IMG/VR virus record: IMGVR_UViG_3300045988_005351
Coordinates: 1-64,000 of that record
Source of the DNA: a virus
Direction: 5' to 3' (one strand)
Length of the DNA: 64,000 bases
The stretch's first letter is position 1. The number at the start of each line of letters is the position of its first letter. Below are positions 34,249 through 44,400 of this stretch, piece by piece. The notes beneath the pieces are model-generated. The model did not search any database, was not told where the DNA came from, and saw only the letters and a list, made by a program, of their open reading frames with translations. The position numbers and the translations under genes were made by a program.

Positions 34249-34806
34249 ATGAGGCAATATACACAGAGGGAGTTTATCAAGATATGTATAGCAAATGGTT
34301 TCTATTATAGTAGACATAATGGAGACCATGCTATATATGTCAATGATAGAGGAAGACATATAAGCATTCCATCAAACCTTGAGTGTGCTATTGCTAGAAG
34401 GCTTATTAAAGAGAATAACCTTGAAGCTGATATTAAGAAACTGAAAAGGAAAAAGAAGATGGACAATTACAATTATCCAATGGGAGCTGATACTCCTGAT
34501 GCACCTTGGAATCAAGTAGACAATCCTGAGCGAGAGATAGAGGTACTAGTCAGTGTAACCCTTAGTAAGACCTTTAAGGTCAAGGTATCTGACTATACCA
34601 TAACTGACTCTGGTAAAGATGAGGATGGTGACTACTTTGAGGACATAGACTATTCAGAGTGCGACCTAAAGAGTGCAGTAGAGGAGCAAGTTGTACTACC
34701 CCATAAGGCTTGGGATTACATACCTCCAAAGTCTAAGAGAGAAGTTAATGCTATCTTTGACTTGAAAGGCTGGGATGTTGATGACTTTGAAGTTCTTCCT
34801 GAATAA
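34249..34806 (+). CDS. HicA-like domain protein with acidic C-terminal extension
   Basis: REFIKICIANGFYYSRHNGDHAIYVNDRGRHISIPSN...IARRLIKENNL follows the HicA pattern (GSH..., ..P.H, ...Il). ATG at 34249 (the track start 34240 is TTG). Confidence 0.45.
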   Translation: MRQYTQREFIKICIANGFYYSRHNGDHAIYVNDRGRHISIPSNLECAIARRLIKENNLEADIKKLKRKKKMDNYNYPMGADTPDAPWNQVDNPEREIEVLVSVTLSKTFKVKVSDYTITDSGKDEDGDYFEDIDYSECDLKSAVEEQVVLPHKAWDYIPPKSKREVNAIFDLKGWDVDDFEVLPE

Positions 34807-34834
34807 AGTAAAGGAAAGTATAATTAAATTAATT

Positions 34835-35281
34835 ATGAAAGAAATAACAAAAGAAAAGAAGAGTACCTACACTGTATACCAGGCTATAGATGGTACTGAG
34901 TTCAATAGTAAGGAAGAGTGTCAGAAGTATGAAGATACTGCCAAGTGTGCATTGCTTACTAAGTACAAGCCTCTGGTAAAGAGGACAGCCAGTGAGTGTG
35001 ATATATTCAATGCTGGCAGTGATGAGTACATGATAGACATTCTTCAATACTTGTCAAGTGAGTCTGATATTGATATTCTCATTCAACTGCATAGGTTATA
35101 TTGTAGTGGTAGGAAGCTCAATGATGAACACTATGTGGATATGAGGAACAAGTTGGAGAAGTGCCTCAAGAATAGGGATATTGTCCTCATAGGTAGAGGC
35201 ACTGAGTATGATGGTTATGACAACTTCTTCATACTTACAACTCTACAAGAGGTTACTGATAACATAACTAAAGCAGAATAA
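34835..35281 (+). CDS. hypothetical protein (148 aa)
   Basis: ATG at 34835, downstream of the upstream stop at 34806 (the ORF-track start 34775 overlaps it). Confidence 0.45.
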   Translation: MKEITKEKKSTYTVYQAIDGTEFNSKEECQKYEDTAKCALLTKYKPLVKRTASECDIFNAGSDEYMIDILQYLSSESDIDILIQLHRLYCSGRKLNDEHYVDMRNKLEKCLKNRDIVLIGRGTEYDGYDNFFILTTLQEVTDNITKAE

Positions 35282-35284
35282 GGT

Positions 35285-36124
35285 ATGAAGTTGTGTAAAT
35301 CTTCGTTTGAAATATGGCAGCAGCCCTCTGGTCTTGAAGGTGTTTATAAGCAGATAGAGCATGTAGGTAGAGTCTGCTATAAATCTGAGGACAAGATAAC
35401 AGAAGATAGTGCTAAGCCATTTGTGGATAGGATGATTAAGTCTGGTCATGGTGCTATGTTGGAACATGGTACAGTGTATCTGGCTATGCCTATGGAGACT
35501 ATACTACCTATAGAAGCTAATGGTTGGGGTAAATATACTAAGAACCCTTATTCAAAAGGTTTCAAGGTATGTGAGGTTGATGGTCATAGGAGAGTAGCTG
35601 TTACTACTAACCTTAGAGTATTGGTAGAGAATGACTGGCTTGATGACTTACAGTATATCTGTGAGCCTACAGAGTACCATGAGAGGAGAGTCACTGCATA
35701 CTTTATAGCTGATGCTGGAGTAATGAGAGAGTTCTTTAGACATAGAGTATTCTCAATGGCTCAAGAAAGCACTCGTTACTGTAACTACCTTAGAGATAAG
35801 TTTGGTAATTCAATTACTGTGATTTATCCATGTTGGCTTAAGGAAGAAGAGGAGTTAGAGTTTGAAGAGGATATGAGAGTTATAGAAGAACTCTACTTCA
35901 AATGGTTGAAGAAAGGGTGGACTGCTCAACAAGCAAGAGTATTTCTTCCATTAAGTGTAAAGGCAGAAGCAGTAATGACTGGTTTTGTCAGTGACTGGAA
36001 GCACTTCTTTTCATTAAGGAGCAGAATTGCCCAAACAGGTAAACCACATCCTCAAGCCCAAGAGTTAGCTGACCCCCTCATGGATGAATTTGTCAAGAAG
36101 GGCATAATGGAAACACTTCTTTAA
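35285..36124 (+). CDS. thyX: FAD-dependent thymidylate synthase ThyX
   Basis: ThyX signature RHRVFSMAQESTRY (RHRxxSxxxxSxRY). Confidence 0.85.
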   Translation: MKLCKSSFEIWQQPSGLEGVYKQIEHVGRVCYKSEDKITEDSAKPFVDRMIKSGHGAMLEHGTVYLAMPMETILPIEANGWGKYTKNPYSKGFKVCEVDGHRRVAVTTNLRVLVENDWLDDLQYICEPTEYHERRVTAYFIADAGVMREFFRHRVFSMAQESTRYCNYLRDKFGNSITVIYPCWLKEEEELEFEEDMRVIEELYFKWLKKGWTAQQARVFLPLSVKAEAVMTGFVSDWKHFFSLRSRIAQTGKPHPQAQELADPLMDEFVKKGIMETLL

Positions 36125-36194
36125 GTGTAAGTATTCTATTAAAGTGTGTCCATAATTCAATCATTTTTAGTGTATTTGCTAAAAATATTGGGTT

Positions 36195-36812
36195 ATGGGC
36201 AATTTTATAGTGTATAAACATACCTCTCCAAGTGGTAAATGTTATATAGGAATAACTTGTCAAGCCCCAGAGTATAGATGGGGTAACAATGGTTACAAGT
36301 ATTTGGAAGTTCTCAAAAGTGGTAAACTTAAGCATCCTTATTTTGCTCAAGCTATATTAAAGTATGGTTGGAGTAACATAAAGCATGAATTACTACATGA
36401 AGGACTATCTAAAGAAGAGGCTTGTAGATTAGAGCAAGAATATATAGCAGGGTATAAATCTCAAAGTCTATCTTATAATATTACTGATGGAGGAGAAGGG
36501 GTGTGGGGATTTCAATTCTCTGAGGAACAAAAAGAAAAACTCAGAGAGAGTCATAGAGGTAAGAAGCAAAGTCCTGAGACTGTGGCTAAAAGGGTGGCAA
36601 AGAATACTGGGAAAAGAAGAACAGATGAACAAAAAGCTAAAACTAGTAAACCTGTTTATCAATTTGACTTAGATGGTAATCTCGTAGCTGCCTATTTTGG
36701 GGTTAGAGAAGCATCAAGATGCACAGGGATAAGTGCATCTCATATAACTCAGTGTTGCAATCACTTACCTAGTAGAAAGACTGCTGGGGGTTTTAAGTGG
36801 GAGTGGCAATGA
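36195..36812 (+). CDS. free-standing GIY-YIG homing endonuclease (I-TevI/Seg-like)
   Basis: FIVYKHTSPSGKCYIGIT...YRW GIY-YIG module, NUMOD3-like repeats (SEEQKEKLRESHRGKKQSPETVAKR), C-terminal HTH (TGISASHITQCCNH...GGFKWEW). No group I core elements flank it. Confidence 0.8.
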   Translation: MGNFIVYKHTSPSGKCYIGITCQAPEYRWGNNGYKYLEVLKSGKLKHPYFAQAILKYGWSNIKHELLHEGLSKEEACRLEQEYIAGYKSQSLSYNITDGGEGVWGFQFSEEQKEKLRESHRGKKQSPETVAKRVAKNTGKRRTDEQKAKTSKPVYQFDLDGNLVAAYFGVREASRCTGISASHITQCCNHLPSRKTAGGFKWEWQ

Positions 36813-36902
36813 GCTATGGGTACTACAGGTCAGCCCCATCCACAAGCTAAGGAGCTTGCTTTACCTTTATTAAATGAGTTTGTAACTAACAAATACTTTT
36901 GA
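36813..36902 (+). pseudogene. orphan duplicate of the thyX 3' end
   Basis: Starts immediately after the endonuclease stop. Translates AMGTTGQPHPQAKELALPLLNEFVTNKYF-stop. 15 of 20 aa match the thyX tail TGKPHPQAQELADPLMDEFV (36035-36094 vs 36825-36884, about two thirds nt identity by hand). Confidence 0.6.
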
Positions 36903-37129
36903 CATTATAGGAATATTTAGTAAAACAGAAGTACCTACAGGTACTGCCTCCTTTGCGGAGAAGATGTCTAACATCAAGAAAGCCTTCAAAGAGGCACATG
37001 AGAATGCAAATACATTGCATGGTGAGATGGAGCAGCAGATTTAGCTTAAGCTCTCTAAGATTGATGAAATCAATGTAACTAAGAAGGAAGCTGAGGAGTT
37101 TATGGCAAACATTTCTAAACTTATCTAGT

Positions 37130-37750
37130 ATGAGAACAGGTATCAAAGTAGGAGATGTGCTTAGTGAGACCAGTCATTATATAGTGGCTGGTCTTAATTT
37201 TGATGGTAGCATCAGATGCAAGCACTTTGAGAGTGGTGAAGAAGTCAATATAGGCAAGTCCTATGTAGACAACTACATCAAGTCTGGGGATAACTATGAC
37301 CAAGAGGTTAGGGTAACTAAGGAGGATAAGAAGGATGGTACTTTGGGTATAAGAACTATCTTTGAGAATATCCACTCTGGTCAGGTATTTACTGTGTGCT
37401 TTAAGAAGCAGGATAAACCTAGAAGCAAGAAGGCTATCAATGCTGATATTGAGAAGAAGGTAGAACTCTTCACAGCAGCTATTGAAAGGGCTAAAGCTCA
37501 GAAGAAGAGTATATCTGAGGTAGCTAAGAAACACTTCTCAGACCTTATGCTTAATCCTATATTGGGTTATGAAGAAGGAGAGGAGAGAGTACTTAGAGGC
37601 TATAAGATACAGTTTGCATCTAGGGATGGCAGGTATGATTGTGTTGATATGGATATTGTCAAGACTGATAAAGAGTCAGGTATTAGACCAGTCAATATCA
37701 ACACAATCAGATGGTTAGTTTATAATGGTGTTAAATACATAGTGGAATGA
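37130..37750 (+). CDS. hypothetical protein (206 aa)
   Basis: ATG ORF in the gene train. Confidence 0.55.
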   Translation: MRTGIKVGDVLSETSHYIVAGLNFDGSIRCKHFESGEEVNIGKSYVDNYIKSGDNYDQEVRVTKEDKKDGTLGIRTIFENIHSGQVFTVCFKKQDKPRSKKAINADIEKKVELFTAAIERAKAQKKSISEVAKKHFSDLMLNPILGYEEGEERVLRGYKIQFASRDGRYDCVDMDIVKTDKESGIRPVNINTIRWLVYNGVKYIVE

Positions 37751-38343
37751 ATGTGTCAGTAACTAAAGAAGATTTGATTGGTCAGATTGCCAACTTCCCG
37801 TTGAAGATAGTGGAAGCTATGGTGGCAAATCAAGTGAGACAAGGTAATCCAGCCAATGTAAAAGTATTCCAAGAAAAGGTAGATGCCTCCTTTGTTGAAG
37901 GTGGTTTCAGTTGGAATAAGTCAGCAGAAGGTCAGTTCTTCTGGAGTAAGGTAATCAATGGTAAGCAATTTCCTAAAGAGATTGTTCCTCCTGATAAGTC
38001 CATTGAACCTGTCAAACCAGAAGAGCCTGTCAATGAGAGTCCAGAAGAGGTTGTTGAAGAAGCTAAGGAAGCATCTGCTTATAAGGTAGGTGATGTCATT
38101 AGAGTTAAGGCAGGAAGTAATACAAGGTCAAGGGTAATTATAGGATATTTTCCTGAGATGCCTAATCCTTATCTTACAATAATTGAGGAATCATTCAAAG
38201 ACTTTATGAAGGGTAAGACAAGCTGTCATATCAATGTGACTGCTATTGAAGAGCCTAAGAAGTATGTATATCTGACTCTCAAAGATATATCTGAGGGTAA
38301 GGGTGTGGGTATAGACCCAGACCTTATCAAGATAGTACAGTAA
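37747..38343 (+). CDS. hypothetical protein (198 aa)
   Basis: ATGA-coupled ORF. Confidence 0.55.
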   Translation: MNVSVTKEDLIGQIANFPLKIVEAMVANQVRQGNPANVKVFQEKVDASFVEGGFSWNKSAEGQFFWSKVINGKQFPKEIVPPDKSIEPVKPEEPVNESPEEVVEEAKEASAYKVGDVIRVKAGSNTRSRVIIGYFPEMPNPYLTIIEESFKDFMKGKTSCHINVTAIEEPKKYVYLTLKDISEGKGVGIDPDLIKIVQ

Positions 38344-38350
38344 GACATAG

Positions 38351-38376
38351 GGTAGGGTGTAGTAATACATCCTACC
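38351..38376 (+). terminator. stem-loop after 37747-38343 (weak terminator candidate)
   Basis: 9-bp stem ggtagggtg/catcctacc with an 8-nt loop; only a short T-rich tail. Confidence 0.3.
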
Positions 38377-38453
38377 TTACTGTTATATTATTAAAGGTGT
38401 TAGGGGTGGAGTAAAAACAGCCTTAATACCTTGCGCAACTACAATTAAATTAC

Positions 38454-38461
38454 TACTTTTG
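38454..38461 (+). promoter_or_regulatory. Bacteroides-type -7 box TActTTTG ahead of the RNA polymerase gene
   Basis: Exact TAnnTTTG match 25 nt upstream of the ATG at 38487, just after the third copy of acaattaaattac. Confidence 0.35.
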
Positions 38462-38486
38462 CACAAACTAATTAAAGGAAATCAGT

Positions 38487-41400
38487 ATGATAAATGCTAA
38501 TTGTTTAGTTATGACTCCTGAGTTGAAGGAGCTTAACGGTCAGTTTCCTAAGATGCCTGCTCAAATATTTAGAGTTCTAGTATCTAAATGGCAATATGAG
38601 TATGGTAAGGCAGATAGCTTACCTACTAGAGATGATATTATAAGTATTGCTACTAAGACACAGGATAACTGGTCTGACTATATCAATCCTGATGAAGTAA
38701 AGGTTACTAATATATATGCTGGTGCTAATCAGAATACTATACTTAGTAACTTTGCGGAGAGACCTTTCATCTTCACTTCTACTATAAGTGGTGATGATTA
38801 TGTGGTGAACTCTGTAGAACAAGCTTTCCAATTAGAGAAATTACTTAGTTCTAGTATATGGGATGATGATAGTAGATGGCAAGAGATGGATTCTTATAGG
38901 GATAAAATGCTTGATGCTAGAAGTGCAAATAAAGCAAGAGCTTTAGGCAGGAAAGTCCCTTTAACAGAAGAAGATTTGATGAACTGGGATAAGAACAAGA
39001 GGGCTATTATGAAAGCACTCATAAGAACCAGCTTGAAACAGAATCTCAAAGCTCTTCAAGCACTGCTAGCTACTGGCAACAGTTCCCTTACTCATATTCA
39101 GGATAGAAGTATGTGGAGAACCCAGTTCCCTATTATATTAGAGGAACTTAGAGAAGAGTTCAGAGGAACACAAGTAGGTGATAACTTTAACCCAATCAGT
39201 AATGCTGAGGTCATTCCTATGCTAGGAGATAATAGTGTAAAGGTATATGACAAGAGTAATACTGCTGAGGGAGTAGAGATTACCAAGAGTGGTGATACCT
39301 ATAATATCAGTGTTCCTAGTGAGTTTGACCTTGACAAGAGTAGAGCTACTAACTTTGCTCAAGCTCTCTATGACCTTATCCCTTCTGGAGTGGAAGTAAC
39401 AAGCAGTGATGACTCCAAGTCCAAGACTATCCTGAACTTGGTAAAGAAGCAGGGTCTTGAGGAAAAGGATGGCAAACTTGTGAAGAGTGCTATAGACACA
39501 TCCAGTCAGTCTGGCTATATCATCAATGAGCATGAGAGCAGGTGGACTAGAGATGAGGTTGAGAATGACCCTAGAACACTATATATCTTCACTGACAACA
39601 CTGACAGAACATCTGGGGGTGAGGAAATAGGTGATGGATGGTATGCTGAAAAGTATGGTAAAGGTGGATTTGGTACAGTCAATAATCCTACCTCTGCTGT
39701 TATTAGAGGCTTACCTAATGCTGCTCCTATAAGTACTATGAAGTGGTTCTACAGAGAGCATGGAGTATCTGTAGAGCAAGCAAGGTGGACAGACTCTGAC
39801 CTTGAGGAGTTCAAGGAAGTCATTGATGATGAGATTGAACAAATCAAGCAGCTATGGGACAGTGGCAACTTTGATAGTATAGAGCTTCCTCAGAATGGTA
39901 TATTTGGTAAGAGCATAAAGAGTGATAAGGATAGAGGTATATCTAGACTTACAGCTACTAGAACTCCTAAGTTATACCAGTACCTCAATAAGAAGTTACA
40001 GGAGCTATCAGAGTATGTGCAAGATACCAAGAAGGCTAAGGAATATGAGAGTGAATCATCCAGTATAGATGAGAGCAACTGGCATAAGGTTGATGCTGAG
40101 TTCACTTCTATAGTAAAGAGACAAAGGGTTAACTTAATCAATGACCTGTTCACACAGGAAGTTGAGAAAGCTCAAGAAGCTACAGTTGCAAGACTGAATG
40201 ATGAAATGGCTAAGGCATCTACCATTGGTAAGAAGTTGGAAATAGCTAAAGCTATCAAGAACCTTAGACCTTATGTGGTGATAAAACAGGAAAAACCGTT
40301 TAAGCTTTTTGAAAAAGTGAGAGCTAGGTTTGAGCAGCTTGTTAATTATATCACAGATAGTAGGGAGGACTATGTTAATAGTCTTATAGGTAGCTGGGCT
40401 GGGAAAGCAAACTCAAGACTTCCTATGGCAGCTCAAAAGGCTTTGGCTGAGAGAATGGCAGATGTTCATTTACTCAAGTACAAGCAAATACTTGATAACT
40501 GGAGTGACTTGGTTATGGATGCTGCTAATACCTACAGCTATGACTATGGGGTAATCATGGATGTTACTGTCAATGACATTGAGGAGGATATTGATAATAC
40601 TCCTACTGATGATGAGGGTAACAACCAGAATGAGCAGATAGCTGATGAGAAGGAAGAGACTCCCTACAAGGAAGGTTGGCAAGTAAAGGTGAGGGAACTC
40701 TCAGCATTTGAGAGTATGACCAATCAGGTAAGGCAAGCTATTGGCAGGATATATAGGAGAGACAGGAATGGTGACATAGTTGTGGATGACTTAGGTTTTC
40801 CACAGAAGTTACAGCAATCCTATGTATTTGCTGAGTTAATCTCTGCTCTTAGAGATATGACTAATGCCAAGCAGATGGTGCCTATGCTTGAGGCACTGCA
40901 AGCCAGAAAGTCTTGGGCTGTTCAGATAGTTGATGCCATTAAGAATGATGAGAGGCTCTTCACATCATTCTATAGAGTATTCAGAAAGGATTACTTGAAT
41001 ATGTGGATTCAGATTGAAAGCACTGCCCCTGATGGTAGTGTTACTATCAAGACCCACAATATCAATAAGCCTGCTGGTACTGCCCACTATTTTGATGAGT
41101 GGAGGGATAACTTTGAGTATGGTATCACCCTTGATGAGGACAGTATCTATGACCAGAATGGTGAGATAAGACTGGATAAGGCTGAGCTTGGTCTTAAGCT
41201 GGTAGATGCAGCTATGGATAAGTTCAGGGGACTAAAGTCCAAGGAAGAGAAGCAGCAAGTGATACTTGAGAATGTGGATAGCATCCATAAGTTGTTAGAT
41301 ATGCTTGGTATCTTTGTTACTCCTGACACACTGAATGATATACTTACATTCAATGTGAACTTGAATAACAAGGCTGAACTTCCTGGTAGTATAGTACTCT

Positions 41401-44400
41401 CAAACCTTAGAACCATCTTCAAGGATATGCCTACTAATGATGGTATCAAGAATGGTGAGCCTGCTGACCTAATCAACATATATGGTAGAGCTTTCAACAA
41501 TATAGCTACTGCTATTAACAATGTTGAGGAGGATGAAGTGGAATCATCAGTAAGACAAGGTAAGAAGACTCTCTATGCACATACAAGACCTTCTTATGCT
41601 ACTACTCTGGTGAAGAAGCTGAGAGGTCCAGAGTTCAAAGAGTTCATTGAAAGTGAATATAAGCCTGTTGACTTCCTGTATGATAAGGAACAAGGCAGAT
41701 GGCTCAACTCACTTATTGATGACTTGGAGAATGATGCTGATGCTAGGGATAAGTTCAATCATATAGTAGTGATAGAACACAACAGAAAGGAATACCCGCA
41801 GTGGACTCCACTTGACACATTCCTTACTCTGTTCAATCAATATAATGCAGAACCCATCAAGGGTGGTGAAGGATATGCTTGGTATCAGATGCCTCTGTTA
41901 TCAGATGCAACCAGTGCTGAGTTCCTTAGAGCCAAGAGAGTCAGGAAGAACTATGAAGAAGTACTTCTTGACAAGTTTGCAGATGTTGTAAGACAAGAGT
42001 ACAATAGGATTGTAACAGTCAAGCAGAGAAACAATACTCCCAATATCAAAAAGATTGCCTACTATGACATGACTGATGATAGTGAGGGAGGTGCTAGATT
42101 CCACTTCTTCCCTAAGCTGAACACAGAAGCCTTCAATAAGGATGGAAAGACATTCTTTGAGCAGTTGGCTGAGGTAGCTGATGATACAGATGCTTTCAAC
42201 CAAAGAGCTAAGGAAGCTGTCCAGACTATTATGAATGAGGACTTTATAGCTGCACTTGACAACTGGGCATCTATTGGAGTGTTTGATAGAGTGGATGAGA
42301 ACAATGAGAACTCATCATTCAGATACTTCAAGCAGAGAACCAGAGAGAATGTAGAGGCAGCTCTTAGAGAGTATTACTGGAACACTACTTATATGCAGTC
42401 TCAAATCATACAGCTAATGACTACTGACCTTGCATACTATGGCAACTATACTAACTTTACCAAGAGAGCATTGGAGTTTCACTCTCCTACAGAGAAGTTG
42501 AATACCCTTGCAAAGTGGAATGGTGAGTATGTGCTGGCAAGTGAGGATGAGAATGGCAATGTGACTGTAAGACCTGAAAGAGTTATCTATCTGACTGATG
42601 AGGTCAAGCCTTCCAACTGGATGAAGGATGTTGAGGAAATCATTGACCAGAAGATAGCTAAAGGAGAACTTACAGAGTATGATAAGACTGTCATACTTAA
42701 GAAGTGGGGTGATACCAATGTTACTGATGCTCAGGCATTCAGAACATTGAAGTCCTTTAGGGCAACCCAGATAGCTGCTGATATGTGGAGTGATGATGCT
42801 GAAACAGCCTATAATAACATAAGGAATAACACATGGACTGCACAGGACTTTGTAATCCTGTGGAATACCAGAAAGCCTTATCTTTATACTCAGACCAACC
42901 AATCAGACAGAGTTGGTGGTACTATGAGACTGGCTGCACAGCATAAGAACTCTGAAATGATAATGCTCACACAAGCTATATTTGGTTCTATACTTCACCA
43001 ATCTGGTAAACTTAAAGGTTTATCAGAGTTCATGGAGGATAAGAACATAGATGTAGCTATGTTTGGTACAGCAGTTAAAGTAGGAGGTCAAGGCTTCATA
43101 GACCTTAATGGTATCGAGAATGCAGAAGATGTCAAGAGTAAGCTCCAGAAGGAAGTTTATATAGGAGGAACTGATGCTATAAATCCTGAGGTTGTGCATG
43201 AGTATAACTGGGATGATTATGGTATTCAGGTTGCTACCCCTGAGCATGGTATCAATGCCATTCAGCTTGTAGGTACTCAGATTAGGAGACTTATAGGTAC
43301 TGATATGGGAGCTGATGCTGTGTTTAAGGTAGGTAACAAGAGCCTTACTAGAGACCAATGGAGAGACTACTTCAATGCAGTCAATACAGCTAATATAAGA
43401 GAAGCCTTTGAGAAGCTGGATAAGGAGTTCAGAGACCCTAAGAAGATTTCTGACTTGCTTATTAGTGAAATCAAGAGCAACTCTAGGTACAGCAATGACC
43501 TTATAGAAGCTGTTACACTTGATAAGAATGGACAGTTCAATATACCTATCTTTGACCCTTCACAGAGTCAGAAGATACAGGAGCTACTTAACAGTATAGT
43601 TAAGTCTAGGATAGTGAAGCAAAAGATAAATGGAGGTTCACTTATCCAAGCTACTGCATGGGCATTGAATGAGAAGGACAGACCTCAGATTGAGTGGGGT
43701 ATAGATAAGAATGGTCAGAAGTATATCAAGTATATGGAAGCCTATATTGCTTGCCCTGATGACAGACTGTATGAACTCCTGCTTGAAGATGATGGAAGTA
43801 TCAACATAAATAAGAAGGACAGTAAAGGAAACTATATTGTACCTGCTAAGTACAGAGAGGCTATTGGCTATAGAATCCCAACTGAGGATAAGTACTCAAT
43901 GATACCTATAAGGGTCAAAGGGTTCTTGCCTAGACAAGTGGGTTCTGTAATCATACTTCCAGAGGAAATCACTACCACTACTGGTTCTGACTTTGACGTG
44001 GATAAAATCTACATGATGTATCATAGCTTGAACTTCAAGAACATCTATGACATCAAAGCTGCTTGGGATGCTTTCTATAAGAGCCACCCAGACATAGTAG
44101 AGTCCATTGAAGAGGCAAAGAGAGTAAACTTCAAGAGAGCTATGGATGAGGCTATTGAGAAGAATCCAGAAGCTGACTTGAGCCAGTATGATACAGATGA
44201 GTTATTTGAGGACTTCACCAGACCATACAAGAACTATGAGTGGGTTAAGGGTGTGAAGGAAGCATTCTCTGCTTGGTTCAATCCTATCAAGGATAGATAC
44301 CTGAGCCAGAAGTCTGTAGAAGTAGTTACCTATAATGATGCAGATATAGACCTCAGTGATTCTAATGAGAACAGAAAGGTTGATATATACAGACAAGCCA

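Noticed and set aside
36125-36194. Possible group I intron in thyX, by analogy with the helicase and polymerase introns.
   Set aside because: thyX reads through to a homologous, complete C-terminus. Only 70 nt precede and 0 nt follow the endonuclease ORF, and no R/S-like core elements are present. It is treated as a free-standing endonuclease with target-end duplication.
36964-37128. 54-codon coiled-coil ORF (MSNIKKAFKEAHENANTLHGEMEQQI-TAG-LKLSKIDEINVTKKEAEEFMANISKLI-TAG) with an in-frame TAG at 37042-37044. This raised the question of TAG recoding, which is known in some crAss-like lineages.
   Set aside because: All long early and late ORFs, up to 2772 aa, are intact under the standard code. 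TAG is used as a terminal stop elsewhere (1006, 1482, 9189). None of the tRNAs I folded has a CUA anticodon. It is more likely a decayed small gene or two unrelated short frames.
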